Below are positions 22,725 to 36,850 of a stretch of 54,390 bases of DNA, one piece after another. This DNA comes from Toensbergia leucococca (lineage: Eukaryota): NCBI GenBank assembly GCA_022813965.1, contig JALDZS010000158.1:1-54390 (forward strand), given 5' to 3'. Each line of letters opens with the position of its first letter. Within the stretch, counting starts at the first letter, position 1. Position numbers and translations under genes: made by a program. The notes beneath the pieces were generated by a model. That model saw nothing but the letters and a program-made list of their open reading frames with translations. It had not been told where the DNA came from and did no database searches.

Positions 22725-25700
22725 ATGGCTGCTACCGGATTCTTAGAATCCATCTCGCCTTGGACTTCGAGAAGCACCACACCAAAACCAGGACAAGGCA
22801 AAGAAGAAGACGACACTCCACAGAAGCCTTCTGCCAAGAATCAGGGACTGGATCATACTGTCAGCCATCGTCATCGCCCAAGCTTAAGGAATTACCCTGA
22901 GGACTGCCCAGCCCCGAGAATTAAGTGGTTCTACGCAGTGGATGTAAGTGACTCATGAGCCTCGACATGTATACCGGCATGCTTTTCAACTTCCATTGAG
23001 CCATGGAAATATTTTAACAGAAATGCATAGGTTCCTAAGAGAAAACCACTGTCCCTCAACCAGCCGGCTCCAGATTCCAAGCCTCCACCAGTACCCAAGA
23101 AATACGTAGCTTTTTCTTCTCGTGACTCTCGCTCTGTAGAATCAACGTTCCAGAAGTTAGCCGATCAAGAAGAGACTGCGGCACGAGAGGGGCGCGTCAA
23201 GGATGATCATGATAATAGCAACTCCCCAGAGACTACGTCTGATATTGGGTCGAAGCAGAACACTAGCATCAATGATTCGACTGGCACAGAACAGGGTGGT
23301 TTGGTTAAAGTCCCCGTCAATGAGGATTTTCTGTTTGACGTAGACATTGAGAAAAGGGAGCTCGCTCCAACCTATTGGCTTGGACCCATTTACGACGTGC
23401 GCAGAGGAAGCTGGTTTTACCAAGAAGGCTCTTCACTACGTCCTTGTGATGAGAATCTTGCTGTTCAGCTGGAAGAGGGCTACCTAAAAGCAAAACCATG
23501 GCGTTATGAGCCACCCCCGTCGCAGCGCTCTAGATCTAATCCAAGATCAAGGCCTACGTCAATGACTCCTGGCGAGAATCTCCATGACCTTGGTAAAGCT
23601 GACCGTTTGAGGTCAACAGAGAAGCCTGTTCTGGATGACATAAGACCCGCATCGAGAGATGATGGTCTGAACCCGAACTCTGCGAAATTTCAATTACAGA
23701 CGCATCGACTCTTTGGCGCTCATATGAATTCTGTAGTCACTTACCAAGATGACACGGTGGCATGGCTAGTCACAGATGATTTCCTCTCTCGGATGAGCAC
23801 CACAGTGTATCAACGTTTTGCTGGCGGCGGGCACCTTGGTGGGATCAAGGTCGTTCGTGGCTACTCTGAACCTGGGAAATCCAAGGATGCTAAAACCGAA
23901 AATGACGGGACCGCCGAGGAAAACACTACCGCAGGTCGTCCTGGAGGCTCACCCGCTTCCAAAAGACGGCGGTCTGGGCCGGCTGATACCACTAGTGGGT
24001 CTGCTGCAGATATGGACCAGATTGAAGAGCCAGAACCGGAGTCGGAATCAAGGAGATTGGTTCTAGAAAGAGAGCTTTCAACTCTCGTTTCTTCCCCAGG
24101 GGCTCATGACCCAGCTATACAAGAGGAGGAATCACGAAAACGTGACGAAGATGAAATCCAGGAAGATTACCGAGAGACGGATGGTGAGGATCAGGGCAGA
24201 GAGATTGAACATCTCATTCTTGTCACTCACGGCAATGGCCAAAGACTGGGACTACGATATGAGAGCATCAACTTTACTCATGATGTCAATGTGCTGAGGA
24301 AGACCCTAAAAAATGTATATGAAAAATCCCCAGATCTTCAGTCCATGAATGATGAAGTTGATCGATTACCAAAGAACTGTCGAGTTCAGGTACTGCCCGT
24401 CGTCTGGCGTCATCTACTCGACTTCCCAAAACAGAGTCTCAAGCAGAACCGAAGAGAGCATGACCTAGGTGATGCAGATTCCGGAGACGAAGACGAATAT
24501 CCAAGTTTAGACGACATCACCATCGAAGGTGTTCCTGCTGTCCGAAATCTTATCACGGATCTTGCCCTAGATATCTTACTTTACCAGAGCGCTTATCGGG
24601 AGCATATTGCTGGCATTGTCCAGCGCGAATGCAACCGTATCTACAAACTTTTTCTACAACGCAACCCTTACTTTCATGGCAAAGTAAGTCTGATCGGCCA
24701 CTCTCTGGGTTCTGCAATACTCTTTGACCTTCTTTCTCGCCAAAAAGAGACAAACCGGGCTACAGGCTTGGGTCGACATAAGAAGGGACCACGCGGCATT
24801 AGTGATGAGCAGACCAGAGATTTGGGACTTGACTTTGAGGTCCAGGACTTCTTCTGCCTAGGCTCACCCATCGGGCTTTTCCAGATGCTCAAAGGCCGCA
24901 CTATAGCTGGCCGTCGATCACCCGATGCTATACTCGCTGAGAGCTCATTTGACCGCACTTCGATGGATGATCCTTTCCTCGGTCCTTCTACGACAAAGTC
25001 GGAAGCTTCAAAGGATTCGAGTATCTTATCTATCACAGCGTCTTCGCCAAAATGCGAGCAGCTTTTCAACATTTTCTACCCAACCGACCCCTTCGCCTAT
25101 CGATTGGAGCCGCTTATTTCGCCTGCCATGTCCACAATGAAGCCACAACTATTGCCCTACACCAAGAGAGGTATTTTTGGCGCTCCTGGTCAAGGATTTA
25201 CGGGAATCGGGGCCAGAGTCGGCCAGAGCGTCTCGGGATTCTGGTCGAACATCACCTCTGGCGTCGCCACAAGCTTGCTGAACCGTAGCTTAGGCTTGAC
25301 TGGCGAAGGCCAAATATTATCTTCTCAAGCAGTAAACAACCCTCAAGTCCAACAAATACGAGCACCCGTATCTTTGGGTGCGGGCACCAATATCAGTGGC
25401 GGGGTAATCTCCAGGCCTGACACGAATGAAGAACAGAAACAGCGATCAACCGACATTGCAACGACGGCATTAAGGAGCGGTGAGCATCCTGCAACGTTGA
25501 TAGACTCTGAGATAGAAACTCTCTACGCAGGCTACCAAAAAAGCAGGAAAATTTACCAAAGCGACGAAGGTAGAGATTTGGGAGAAAGCGCCGAATGGCA
25601 AGATGCTGAAGATAGAGCCAGGAGACTTAGAAGGGAGGAAGCGAAAGTTCGCGTACTTAACAGCAATGGTAGAGTTGACTACAGCATTCAAGAGTAAGTT

Positions 25701-25909
25701 GCCCCTTTTGCAACATTTCATCATTTCTTACCGCCTTGCCTCTTTTTTAACGACTTTGATTGTTCGCTAACAAGCTACGCTCTAGGGGTGTCTTTGACTT
25801 GACACTGCTTGCCAGTTTCGCAAGCCATCTGTCATACTGGGCTGATGAAGATGTCAGCCATTTTGTGATCTCGCAGCTTCTGTCGAGGCAGCGCATCATT
25901 CGGCGCTGA
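22725..25909 (+). CDS. DDHD-domain intracellular phospholipase A1 (PA-PLA1/Ddl1-like); 3 exons (22725-22943, 23031-25694, ~25784-25909)
   Basis: KWFYAVD|VPKRKP, VPVNEDFLFDVDI, PTYWLGP..VRRGSWFY, lipase motif VSLIGHSLGS, FCLGSPIGLF, FNIFYPTDPFAYRLEP, NGRVDYSIQ and SHLSYWADEDV. Confidence 0.93.
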
Positions 25910-26341
25910 TAGGATTTTGTTTGAAGAGCATAGCGATGGTGAAGCTCAGTGTAAGAGAATAGTATATAGAACTGTATAAGTAATTCCGTTAGAAAGTACA
26001 TGGAAGAGTTTTGTCTCTGCCTAGAGTGACACGCGGTCTTGTGTTGTGGAACATTTATAAATACTCTGCTCCCCCGCCCACACCCCACCACGTAATTGAC
26101 AGGCCAAGCAGGGGAAAGGTCTACGCATCAGCAACTAATGACCATCTACGCCGCTAATATTAACATACCTTCGATAGCCAAGTGAATACCTAGCTCTAGT
26201 TATTAGGCAGCTTCATTGCTTTTCAGTTTCGATGCTCTGCAACCTTTGGAATCATCTACGACGACACTGCTACCCCACCACCACCCTTGCCTTTACCCTA
26301 GCTGTCGCAAACACCTGCAGTACCCTAACGAAGCTCTGGTC

Positions 26342-28583
26342 ATGAATGTCATCAAGCTCCAGAGGTCAGTCAATTCAACACGTATGCTAGCAGCGGTCTG
26401 AGGGAAAGTCTAGTGGTACTGTTTGTAATTGAGCCTTGACTGACAGTCCAAAATTGATAGGAAGTATCCTCAATTCCAACAGAATGAGATATTCGGTCTA
26501 CAAGACGCATTCCGGAAATTGGACATCGAGGACAAGGGTTATATCGACGAAGCTACAGTGCTCAAGGCTACCCAGCAATCGGAGCGACAGCCATATGATG
26601 TCGTTCGCCAAGCTCTCAAGGAGGTGGAATTGGATAGCTCAAGAAGAGTAGAATTAGATGACTATGTGGATGTGAGTGCATCAGAGCTTCTGTGGAACGT
26701 CGTTACTTGAGAAGCATGACGGTAATCCAAGGCACTGGACTGACGGAAATATTGCTCCAGCTGATCTCAAAGGTCCGCGGATCTCCCTCAACTCCCGCCC
26801 GCATGTCCACCGGCCGAGCTCGAGGTATGAGCAGCGCTGCTGATAAAAATGATGGAATGCCATCACCCGGACATCAATCGAAAGGTAGCGCGAGTGGTAG
26901 AATACAAGTGCAAGGTTCATCAACGGGAGTGACACACACCATAAATGAGGATGAGCGGACCGAGTTTACAAGACATATCAATGCCGTCTTGGCAGGGGAC
27001 CCAGATATTGGCCACCGTCTCCCCTTCCCAACAGACACCTTTGAGATGTTTGATGATTGCAAAGATGGTCTAGTATTGGCGAAGCTCATCAATGACAGTG
27101 TACCAGACACCATTGATGAGCGTGTACTGAACCGAGTTGGGAAGAAACTCAAGCATCTTAATGCCTTTCACATGACCGAGAATAACAATATCGTCATTAA
27201 CTCGGCCAAGGGTATTGGATGTTCGGTCGTCAACATTGGTAGTGGAGATATCATCGAGGTTCGTGAGCATCTTATATTAGGTTTAATTTGGCAGATCATT
27301 CGAAGAGGGCTGTTAGGGAAGATTGATATCAAATTACATCCCGAATTGTATAGACTTTTGGAGGACGATGAAACCCTTGAACAATTCTTGAGGCTGCCCC
27401 CTGAGCAAATATTGTTGCGATGGTTCAACTACCACTTGAAGAATGCCAAATGGGAGAGGAGGTACGTTTATCGAGTGAAGTTTGGGCCACCCACTCTCTC
27501 TAACCTGCTCCTCTAGAGTGGCAAATTTCTCAACAGACGTGAAAGATGGAGAGAACTACACTGTGCTTCTTAATCAGCTAGCACCAGACCTCTGCAGCCG
27601 AGGACCTCTCCAAACACGGGATCTTCTGCAACGCGCAGAGCAAGTTCTGCAACATGCTGATAGACTTGAGTGTCGAAAATTCTTGACCCCTACCTCACTT
27701 GTTGCAGGCAACCCGAAATTGAACCTTGCCTTTGTGGCGAATCTTTTCAATACGCATCCCGGCTTAGATCCTATCACTGAAGAAGAGAAACTCGAAGTGG
27801 AAGATTTCGATGCCGAAGGCGAACGGGAAGCTCGAGTCTTCACACTATGGCTCAATTCTCTGGACGTACAGCCAGCGGTTAATTCTCTTTATGATGACCT
27901 TCGTGACGGTAACATTCTCTTACAGGCGTATGATAAAGTCATCCCCGGTAGTGTAAACTGGCGTCATGTTAACAAGGCTCCTGCATCTGGCGGAGAGCTT
28001 ATGCGTTTCAAAGCTATGGAGAACACCAACTATGCGATTGAGCTAGGGAAACAAATGCGATTCTCACTTGTAGGAGTACAAGGTGCGGACATAACAGACG
28101 GGCAACGGACGCTAACCCTTGGACTGGTATGGCAACTCATGCGGAAAGACATATCTGAGACCCTGTCAGCGTTGGCACATCGGCTTGGCAAGCGTGAAAT
28201 CACTGATGCCGAGATGGTCAAATGGGCGAATGAGCAGTCCAGCAAGGGAGGAAAGAGCTCGAGTATCCGGAGCTTCAAAGACCATTCGATCGGGAGTGGA
28301 GTGTATCTGCTTGACGTACTTAATGGCATGAAGAGCTCGTACGTGGATTATGACTTGGTTACGAGCGGACGAAATGATGAGGAGGCCTACGCGAATGCAA
28401 AGCTGGCCATTTCTATTGCGAGAAAAATGGGGGCAACGATTTGGCTGGTGCCTGAGGATATCTGCCAGGTACGGTCAAGGCTGGTGGTTACTTTCATTGG
28501 TCAGTCTATCCAACTCACCGCACTCTGGCAGGTAATGCTAACATGCCAAAGGTTCTCTTATGGCGACACACGAAAAGATGTGA
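26342..28583 (+). CDS. SAC6: Fimbrin (actin-bundling protein; EF-hand-like N-terminus plus four CH domains); 5 exons
   Basis: MNVIKLQR|KYPQF..., THTINEDERTEFTRHIN, DGLVLAKLINDSVPDTIDERVLN, LPPEQILLRWFNYHL, AEGEREARVFTLWLNSL, KLAISIARKMGATIWLVPEDI and final exon GSLMATHEKM*. Confidence 0.97.
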
Positions 28584-29702
28584 ACTGATTTTACTTTCCA
28601 TAGCTAGAATTTTTCGAAGCATTCACATGCTCCGTAAAATGTCCTTCCGTCCATGCAATCGAAGATTGACTTGTTGAAACTGCTGTCTTATGTCTGCAAC
28701 CCGAAAAGGGACTTTTTTTCTCCTCTATGCCCAGGTTCTGTTTTCTCGGTGATTTGATTTGAGTTGGATGAGCCTTTCCATGCCACACTAAAACCCTTGG
28801 TTTACGTTTATTTCCCGATTCGGTTTGTACTTTTTTTCTCAGATCTCTCTGACTTCGAAAGAGCACTAGTGAAGAAAATGTTTTGAGTTCTAGCACATTA
28901 TTCACCAGTATTCGATGTCATCTGTCTTCACTGCTCGGCTACCCAACCCTAATCCATTCACGTGACTGATGTCTGACATTGTGTGAGCAATGCTGTCGTG
29001 ATCCTTTGGCTCATGAGGTGTCCCAACACCCCTTTGAGGATGAAATGTTTGACATCTAACAGTCCGTACCCGTGAAGCTTCCGCGAGCCCTTGAGCAGGC
29101 CAAATTCCACCTGATTCTACAGCACTTCTATCGTTCACACTTTCTATTATACTTCAATAGCGCAGCTTGAATCACCTTCATTTGGAGTGGTCTTCGTTCA
29201 CTAGTCAATTCCACTCCTCGTTCACCCAGCTCCAAGCCTATTGTCCAGGACTCTTTCGGTCACACGATCTGTTATAGTTCAATAGTATGTTGTATCTAGA
29301 ATGGGGTTTTTTGTCGTTCACTGCTCCGTTTTCTATTCCTTCACACAGTCCGAAGTTCTATCCTCCCAGGGTACTTAAGGAGGCAGTATCCCACCCGGAA
29401 TCTGCAGAATTTTTTCCTTCTCTCCCACACTTCCTGTTTTCGTCTAATTCACGTCTCGATCCTGAGCTGTTTTGTTCATGACATTGACTGCTTGCTTTTG
29501 TACATAGCTACTTGGTGCTCTCTACCTGCCTCGATTATCATCCGTTACCTTGACCTTGCTTCTAGCTCGACTACAATCCTCTCGACACAGACACACACTT
29601 CTCGCCGCTTTCGACTCTCATCAACTTCCACACACCACCCATCACCGCCTCCACCATCCACCCACCATCCCCATCCATCCATCCATCCCGCACAAAAACA
29701 CA

Positions 29703-30287
29703 ATGTCTCTCACCACCACCTCCAGCTACGCCGCCCTCACCTCCCAACAAATCCGCATCTTCTACACCAATATCCTCAGCGCCGTCACCGCCGAAATGAC
29801 CGAAGCAACCAGCATCCTGCGCTCAAAGCACCAATACTTCTCCTCGCCCTGGGACGCCCACTACTACAAAAAGGCCGACGCCTACATCCGCGCCACGGAG
29901 CACATCCTCGAGGAGGGCCGCTGCCGCCGCAGCATCATCATCTTCGAAGAAACCACCGCCTGCCGCAAAGCCTGCCTGGACTTTGTCGCCGCCCGCGCGC
30001 CCGTCCGAGACGCCTATTGGCGCAACCTCAAGGTGCTGTATCAGCAGCTGGAGTTTAAGGTCTGGTCTCAGCAGCCGAAGAAGTGTAGCGAGGGTGTTAT
30101 GGGGCAGTTGGGGGAGTTGAGGGTGATGTTTGGGGCTTGGGATCGGTATTATCGCTTCGAGGCGTACAATCCCACGTTCACGCAGGATATTTTCCGGTAT
30201 TGGAGGCGGTTTGGCGGGGTTGCTGAGTCGAGGGATTTTGATGATGCGTGGGAGTTTGTGGCGGGGAGGCCGCTTCGGTTTGAGTAG
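29703..30287 (+). CDS. Hypothetical (orphan) protein, ~194 aa, intronless
   Basis: ATG in ACAATG context after a pyrimidine-rich leader. Open frame with protein-like, aromatic-rich composition; no family recognised. Confidence 0.65.
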   Translation: MSLTTTSSYAALTSQQIRIFYTNILSAVTAEMTEATSILRSKHQYFSSPWDAHYYKKADAYIRATEHILEEGRCRRSIIIFEETTACRKACLDFVAARAPVRDAYWRNLKVLYQQLEFKVWSQQPKKCSEGVMGQLGELRVMFGAWDRYYRFEAYNPTFTQDIFRYWRRFGGVAESRDFDDAWEFVAGRPLRFE

Positions 30288-30577
30288 ATTGGGGGGGGGT
30301 GTTTTTTTTGAGAAGGGGGGGTGGGTGAAGGGGATTAGGGGGTTTGCTTTTTCTTTTTTTTTGGGGAGGGGGGAGGGGCATTTGGTATCAAAATTTTTTG
30401 GTCTGGAATTGTCGGATCGAGCAATAGAAGGCCTTTGAGTTTGCCATAGCTTTATTGTTTTTTAGTCTTGTTAGCTTTTGCTGGATTGGGATTATTCAAT
30501 ACAAGTCCCATCATTTCTTTTTGCTTGATCATCTGTCGTGATTCTATTCTTCAGCTGGATTTTTGTGAATGGTCTTA

Positions 30578-30660
30578 TTCATCCCCGGATGCGACTCCCA
30601 ACCCAATCTAGTGAGCTAAGGTAATCATTTATACCTTATTGAGTTGCATCCGGGGGTGAA
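30578..30660. repeat. Inverted repeat (20-bp arms, 18/20) around a 43-bp spacer, upstream of SUB1
   Basis: ttcatccccggatgcgactc (30578-30597) versus gagttgcatccgggggtgaa (30641-30660), with an inner taaggta/tacctta pair. Confidence 0.7.
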
Positions 30661-30843
30661 CACAAGCACTACTAGCGCCAATTAGAAGCAATGACGTAAC
30701 GCCCAAACCCAAACGCGCTTCGCGTCCCTCAGATTTCTCTTTTCCTCCATACAAAACCACTCCACCCAATCCTCTCAAAGCCCCGCTCGTCCGCCCAATC
30801 ACTGAATTCCTCTAAACCCCCCCTCCTCATCAAGACTCCCAGA

Positions 30844-31638
30844 ATGCCCGTCAAATCCAAGAAACGCCCCTCCCAGCCTGCCGAGGACTACTCCTCCGAC
30901 GGCGGCTTTGTAGCCAATGACTCCGGCGACGATAGGCCTCGGCCCAAGAAAGCGAAGAGTGGGAAGCAGAGCGCTAGAGGTGCTGAGAGGAGTAAGGGCG
31001 AGAAGGGGGAGGGGAAGGATGTTCCCGGCGGTGGCGGGGTTGGTGCGAGTGGGGAGGAGTTCTGGGAGGTACGTATTTGTCTCGACTCACTTTCTCAGTC
31101 TCGCCCCACTTTTTGAAGCTTGGCTTGTGTAGCAAAGGGATGGAATGGAGTTGAAAGAAACGTAATTATGATCCCTAGCGAGACACTTTTACTGATGGGT
31201 GATTTGGGGGGATAGCTGTCCGGAAAGCGGCGGGTTGGTGTCTCGGAGTATAATGGCAAGCTTATGGTGTCGATACGCGAGTATTACGATAAAGACGGCG
31301 AATCACTTCCCTCCAAAAAGGTACCACACCCTTTCCTCCCATTTTCTAATCCCCCTTCCGTCCACATCAGAGAGAAATTCCATACCTGCTAAATTTTCAA
31401 GGGTATTTCGCTCCCCATCGACCAATTCAACACCCTCGTCTCTTTACTCCCGCACGTCGAAGCCGTGCTGCAGAGCAAAGGAGCTGAGACAGTGAGGCCG
31501 GAATATGAAGGCGTGGTCACGGGTGGTGCAGATGCAGAAACTGATGAAATTGCTGCGGAGAACGGCAAGGAAGAAAAAGAAGAGAAAGTGAGGAGGAAGA
31601 AGAACTTTGAGGAGACGAGTGAAGAGGAAGAAGAGTGA
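30844..31638 (+). CDS. SUB1: Transcriptional coactivator PC4/Sub1 (ssDNA-binding); 3 exons (30844-31068, 31216-31320, 31402-31638)
   Basis: Spliced FWE|LSGKRRVGVSEYNGKLMVSIREYYDKDGESLPSKK|GISLPIDQF is a PC4 domain. Basic/acidic N-terminus; C-terminal KKNFEETSEEEE. Confidence 0.92.
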
Positions 31639-32564
31639 ATTATCTGCCAGGATACTGAAAAGACACATTGGTGATTGGGGCGGGGGGTTCTCATCTATGG
31701 AGTACGAAAGTGGGCATCTGATATGGATCTGCCACGACATAAGATTCGCGAAGATGGAAAGAGTGTAACCTGGTTTCCATGACAGGAGGAGAAGGAGCAT
31801 GCGCCGTGAAGCTGACTACTGATTGAGGCTGGAGGAACAAGATTCAAATTACAGGGAAGCGTCAAATGATAGCAAGGTGCCGGGATAGTTCAGTGACGTT
31901 TTCTCAAGATAGCACAGTAAGAAGGCTCAAGTCTCCTTCGGAGGAAGCAGGCCGCCGTGTCCCTTTAGTGTAGCCACGAAGGCTGATCAATCACATATTC
32001 AGGATCACACTTTGATTCTCATGATTTGAAAAGGCACCGAATAATCGAGAGAAGTTGAATCCAAGTTTGTTGAAGTATTCCTCGATTGGATGCACTTCCT
32101 TTTCAAACGCGGGGTTATCCTAAACTCAGCCAATCAGCGGCAGAATGTCTGAAGCCTAGAAGTGGCCGCTTGAGCAGCGCCCGAGGGGATAGAGATTACT
32201 CCAGAGATTACTCTAGAGATGCGCCCCAGATTTTCTGAGCAGATGATCCACAACAGAAATACGTAGAGTATTGCATACGGCGGTTTTCTGATTTCAAAGC
32301 CTGCTGCATCATAAAGACGACATAATTTCAACCTTCTTCAACACTAGATGAAGAAATGCATAATACTAACGTCTCTTCATTTTTTCTCTCGGTGTCAGTC
32401 ATCTTCAGAAGCGTGCTCGGAATTGACCCGATGTGGCAATTCATTGCATAAACACGTCTCAATTTTTCAACACCTCTTATACTTGCTCTTCGTGCCCTTA
32501 GAGTCGTTTCCTTTCTCCAGTCACCAACCATTCTCTGCATATCTGGACCATTAATTCTCTAGGA

Positions 32565-35500
32565 ATGAATTCCACTCAGCAACATGGCATTCGCATTGCC
32601 ATTGATGTAAGACCCTGAGATATGTTAAGATCCATATAACTCAACTTGCTAATGTGCTATAGAGAGGAGGGACTTTCACCGATTGTGTCGGGAATCCAGG
32701 TACTGGTAAAATGGAGGATGATATAATCATCAAACTTCTCTCCGAAGACCCGTCAAATTACGATGACGCTCCCCTCGAAGGCATTCGCCGACTGCTCTCA
32801 AAATTCACAGGCAGAGAAGTGCCACGTGGAGAGCCGCTAGACACTTCCAAGATCGAGAGTATTCGCATGGGTACCACTGTAGCTACCAACGCCCTACTAG
32901 AACGTAAAGGCGAACGCATTGCCATGGTCGTGACCAAAGGTTTCAAAGATTGTCTTGAGATTGGCAATCAATCAAGACCGAAGATCTTTGATCTCGCAAT
33001 ACGCAAGCCAGAAGTTCTGTACCAAAAAATCGTCGAAATTGATGAGAGAGTAACACTCGAAGACTATGCCGAGGATCCTGAAAGACAAACTACTCAAATT
33101 CCCTCTCGAGATGAATCGTCGAAAGATGCTGATCTTGTTCGTGGCTTATCGTCCGAAGCTGTTCGGGTGTTAAAGAGGCCCTCGGCGGAAGAGATTAGAT
33201 CACAGCTACAAGAACTACATGATGATGGCTTTCGAAGCATTGCCGTGTGCCTTGTTCATGGCTATACATTTCCTGATCACGAAGCCCTGGTTGGACGCTT
33301 GGCTCATCAGATTGGCTTTGAACACGTAAGCTTGAGTCATGAACTTATGCCAATGATCAAGCTTGTGCCTCGAGCTACTTCAGCTTGCGCAGACGCTTAT
33401 CTCACCCCTGCCATCAAGAAGTACATAGCAGGTTTCCAAGCTGGCTTTGAGGGTGGCCTAGGCACTGATAGTGTGAAGAAAGAGAGTGGCTCCAAAGGAG
33501 CACGATGCGAGTTCATGCAGTCAGATGGTGGTCTGGTAGATGTTGATAAATTTTCTGGCCTGCGCGCTATTCTGTCAGGCCCAGCAGGAGGCGTGGTAGG
33601 CTATGCTCTCACATCCTATGACTCGGAAACCAAGATCCCTGTGATTGGTTTCGATATGGGTGGTACCAGCACTGATGTCAGTCGTTATGGCTCGGGGAGA
33701 TATGAGCATGTTTTTGAGACTACTACCGCCGGAGTGACGATCCAATCTCCACAGCTTGACATAAACACTGTCGCCGCTGGCGGAGGTTCTAGGCTTTTCT
33801 TCCGGAATGGCTTGTTCGTTGTTGGCCCAGAATCTGCGGGAGCGCATCCTGGTCCTGCCTGTTATCGAAAAGGAGGACCCCTCACGGTCACGGACGCGAA
33901 TCTTTTCTTAGGTCGTCTCTTACCTGATTTCTTTCCTAAAATCTTTGGCAAAAACGAGGATCAAGGTCTTGATGAGAAGACTAGTGAAAAACTTTTTATT
34001 GAGCTGACAGAGCAGATCAATAAGGAAGTCGCGGGTAGTAATGAAGAGAAAAGGATGGCACCGGATGAGGTTGCCTTTGGGTTTATCAAGATAGCGAATG
34101 AGACGATGACACGACCGATCAGGTCTTTGACTGAAGCGAAGGGTCATGACACTTCTCAACATCGTCTTGCTACCTTTGGAGGGGCTGGGGGTCAGCACGC
34201 AGTTGCTATTGCAGAAAGTCTGGGGATAAAGCAAATACTCGTACATCGATACTCCTCTGTGCTCTCGGCTTACGGAATGGCTTTGGCTGATGTTGTAGAC
34301 GAAAGCCAGGAGCCAGAGTCAAAGATCTGGTCGGATCAAAGAGAGGCAAAGAGTGATCTCAAGAGGAAAATGCAAGAGTTGAAGGAAAAGTCTACCAAAA
34401 CGCTACTAGATCAAGGATTTGCAAACGAGAGCATTGTATTTGAAGAGTATCTTAACATGAGATATCGAGGAACAGAGTCTGCTTTGATGATAGTGAAGCC
34501 GGAAGAGGGAGAATTTAAGAAAGAGTTTGATGGTGATGATTGGGCTTTTGGAAAAGCATTCATCAAGCAGCACGAACAAGAGTTTGGGTTCACATTGCCA
34601 GATCGCAACATTATTGTCGACGATGTTCGAGTCAGAGGTATAGGCAAGAGTTTCGAAGGACTAGATAGGACGGTTGATCAGCAATTGAAAGAAATCAAGC
34701 CTAAAGATCTGGAAGATGGCAAGCGATATGGCACAGCCAAGGTCTACTTTGAAGGCGGACGCCAAGAGACTCCCATTTACAAGCTTGAAAATCTAGGTGT
34801 CGGCGACCGAATTCAAGGCCCTGCAATCCTAGCGGATGGCACGCAGACGATAATAGTAACGCCAGGAGCACGAGCGCTTATTATTGAGACGCATGTTGTG
34901 ATCAACATAGGTAAAGGAGAAGGTCAAGATACAAAAGTCAATGCTGAAAGGGTTGATCCGATCATGCTGAGCATCTTTGCTCATCGATTTATGGCTATCG
35001 CGGAGCAAATGGGCCGAGCTCTACAAAAGACCAGTGTCAGTACCAATGTAAAGGAGAGACTAGACTATTCGTGTGCATTGTTTGATTCGGACGGAGGGCT
35101 GGTGGCTAATGGTACGGTTATCAGACGTCTCAAGTAAGATGGTCTAGGCTAATCTATGCATAGCACCACATCTTCCGGTCCATCTCGGAAGTATGTCAAC
35201 CTGTGTTCGTACACAAGCGGAGATATGGAAGGGTAAGCTTAAGCGTGGCGATGTTGTTGTTTCGAATCATCCAGAATATGGCGGTACTCATCTTCCTGAC
35301 ATTACCGTTGTTACTCCTGCCTTTAGTGGTGAGAAGATCATTTTCTACGTCGCCTCTCGTGCTCATCATGCCGATATTGGTGGAATATTACCAGGCTCTA
35401 TGCCTCCGAACTCTCGCGAGCTGTACCAGGAAGGAGCGGCCATAAAGTCGGAGAAGCTTGTATCAGAGGGAAAATTCAATGAAGAGCGGATCACTGAACT

Positions 35501-36850
35501 GCTGTACGATGAGCCAGCACAGTACCCAGAATGTAGCGGAACACGGTGCCTAGCAGATAATCTCAATGATCTAAAAGCACAGATCGCTGCGAATCAAAAG
35601 GGGATTAATCTGATTAGTACACTGATTGAGGATTATGGAGAGGAGGTAGTGCAGTTTTACATGAAAAACATCCAAGATAATGCAGAGTTGAGCGTTAGAA
35701 ACCTGCTCAAGGATGTTAGTAAGAGATTCGAAGGCCAAGATCTAAGTGCTGTTGATTACATGGATGACGGGAGTCCCATAAAGCTCAAAATCACCATCGA
35801 CGCTGAAAAAGGCGAGGCAGTCTTCGACTTTGAAGGAACAGGCCCTGAAGTCTATGGTAAAACCAGAGTGTTCTTGAGGATTAAATCGATACTAACGAAG
35901 TATAGGCAACACAAATGCTCCTCAAGCCATCACTTACTCGGCCATAATTTACTGCCTTCGTTGCTTAATCTCCGAAGACATTCCCCTAAACCAAGGCTGC
36001 CTAAAACCTATTGATGTCCGAATCCCTCTCAAATCCTTCCTTTCCCCTTCGGAAAAGGCAGCTGTTGTAGGCGGTAATGTCCTCACCGTAAGTCTCTTCT
36101 GCCAAGATCATCAATCTTTTCTCGTCTCCAGTAAAGCTAATCCTATCATACCTTGTCTAGAGTCAACGCGTTACAGACGTAATACTTCGCTGCTTCCAAG
36201 CTTGTGCGGCTTCCCAAGGTGACTGCAACAATCTTACCTTTGGCTTCGGTGGCAACTCTTCTACCTCCTCAGAAATCACCAAAGGCTTCGGCTACTATGA
36301 GACCATAGCCGGTGGCTCGGGCGCAGGCCCTACCTGGGATGGTACTAACGGCGTGCACACGCACATGACAAATACACGTATTACGGACGCTGAAGTCTTT
36401 GAACGTCGCTATCCTGTGATTCTAAGGGAGTTCAGTTTGCGAAGTGGAAGCGGCGGCAAAGGCCAGCATCACGGCGGCGAAGGCGTGATCCGCGATATTG
36501 AATTTCGGATTCCAGTTCAGGTGAGTATTTTGAGCGAGAGGAGAGTATATCATCCATATGGATTGGAAGGGGGAGAGGATGCAGCATGCGGGATTAACTA
36601 TTGGGTGAGGAAGGTGCGGAAAGGGGGACGAGAGCAGGATAAGGAGGAGTTGGAAGATCGATGGATCAGTTTAGGGGGGAAGAACACGGCTGCTATGGGG
36701 AAGGGAGAGAGGATCGTGGTGGTGACGCCGGGAGGTGGAGGGTGGGGGTTGAAGGGAGGGGAGAGGAAGGTGGTCAAGGGCAAGGACGTTAAGGAGGCAT
36801 GGAGGAAGGGATCTCTAGCATCGAGGACAGAGACTCAGGAGACCATCTGA
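32565..36850 (+). CDS. OXP1: ATP-dependent 5-oxoprolinase (fused hydantoinase A/B domains); ~5 exons
   Basis: [103 protein letters not shown] and HMTNTRITD. Confidence 0.97.

Noticed and set aside
25060..25110. FY instead of the usual FH in the DDHD domain (NIFYPTDP)
   Set aside because: The catalytic GHSLG and the other DDHD residues appear intact. A single substitution is not enough to claim altered function.
32191..32220. Tandem 12-bp repeat AGAGATTACTC(C/T) upstream of OXP1
   Set aside because: Only ~2.5 copies; consistent with a simple slippage duplication.
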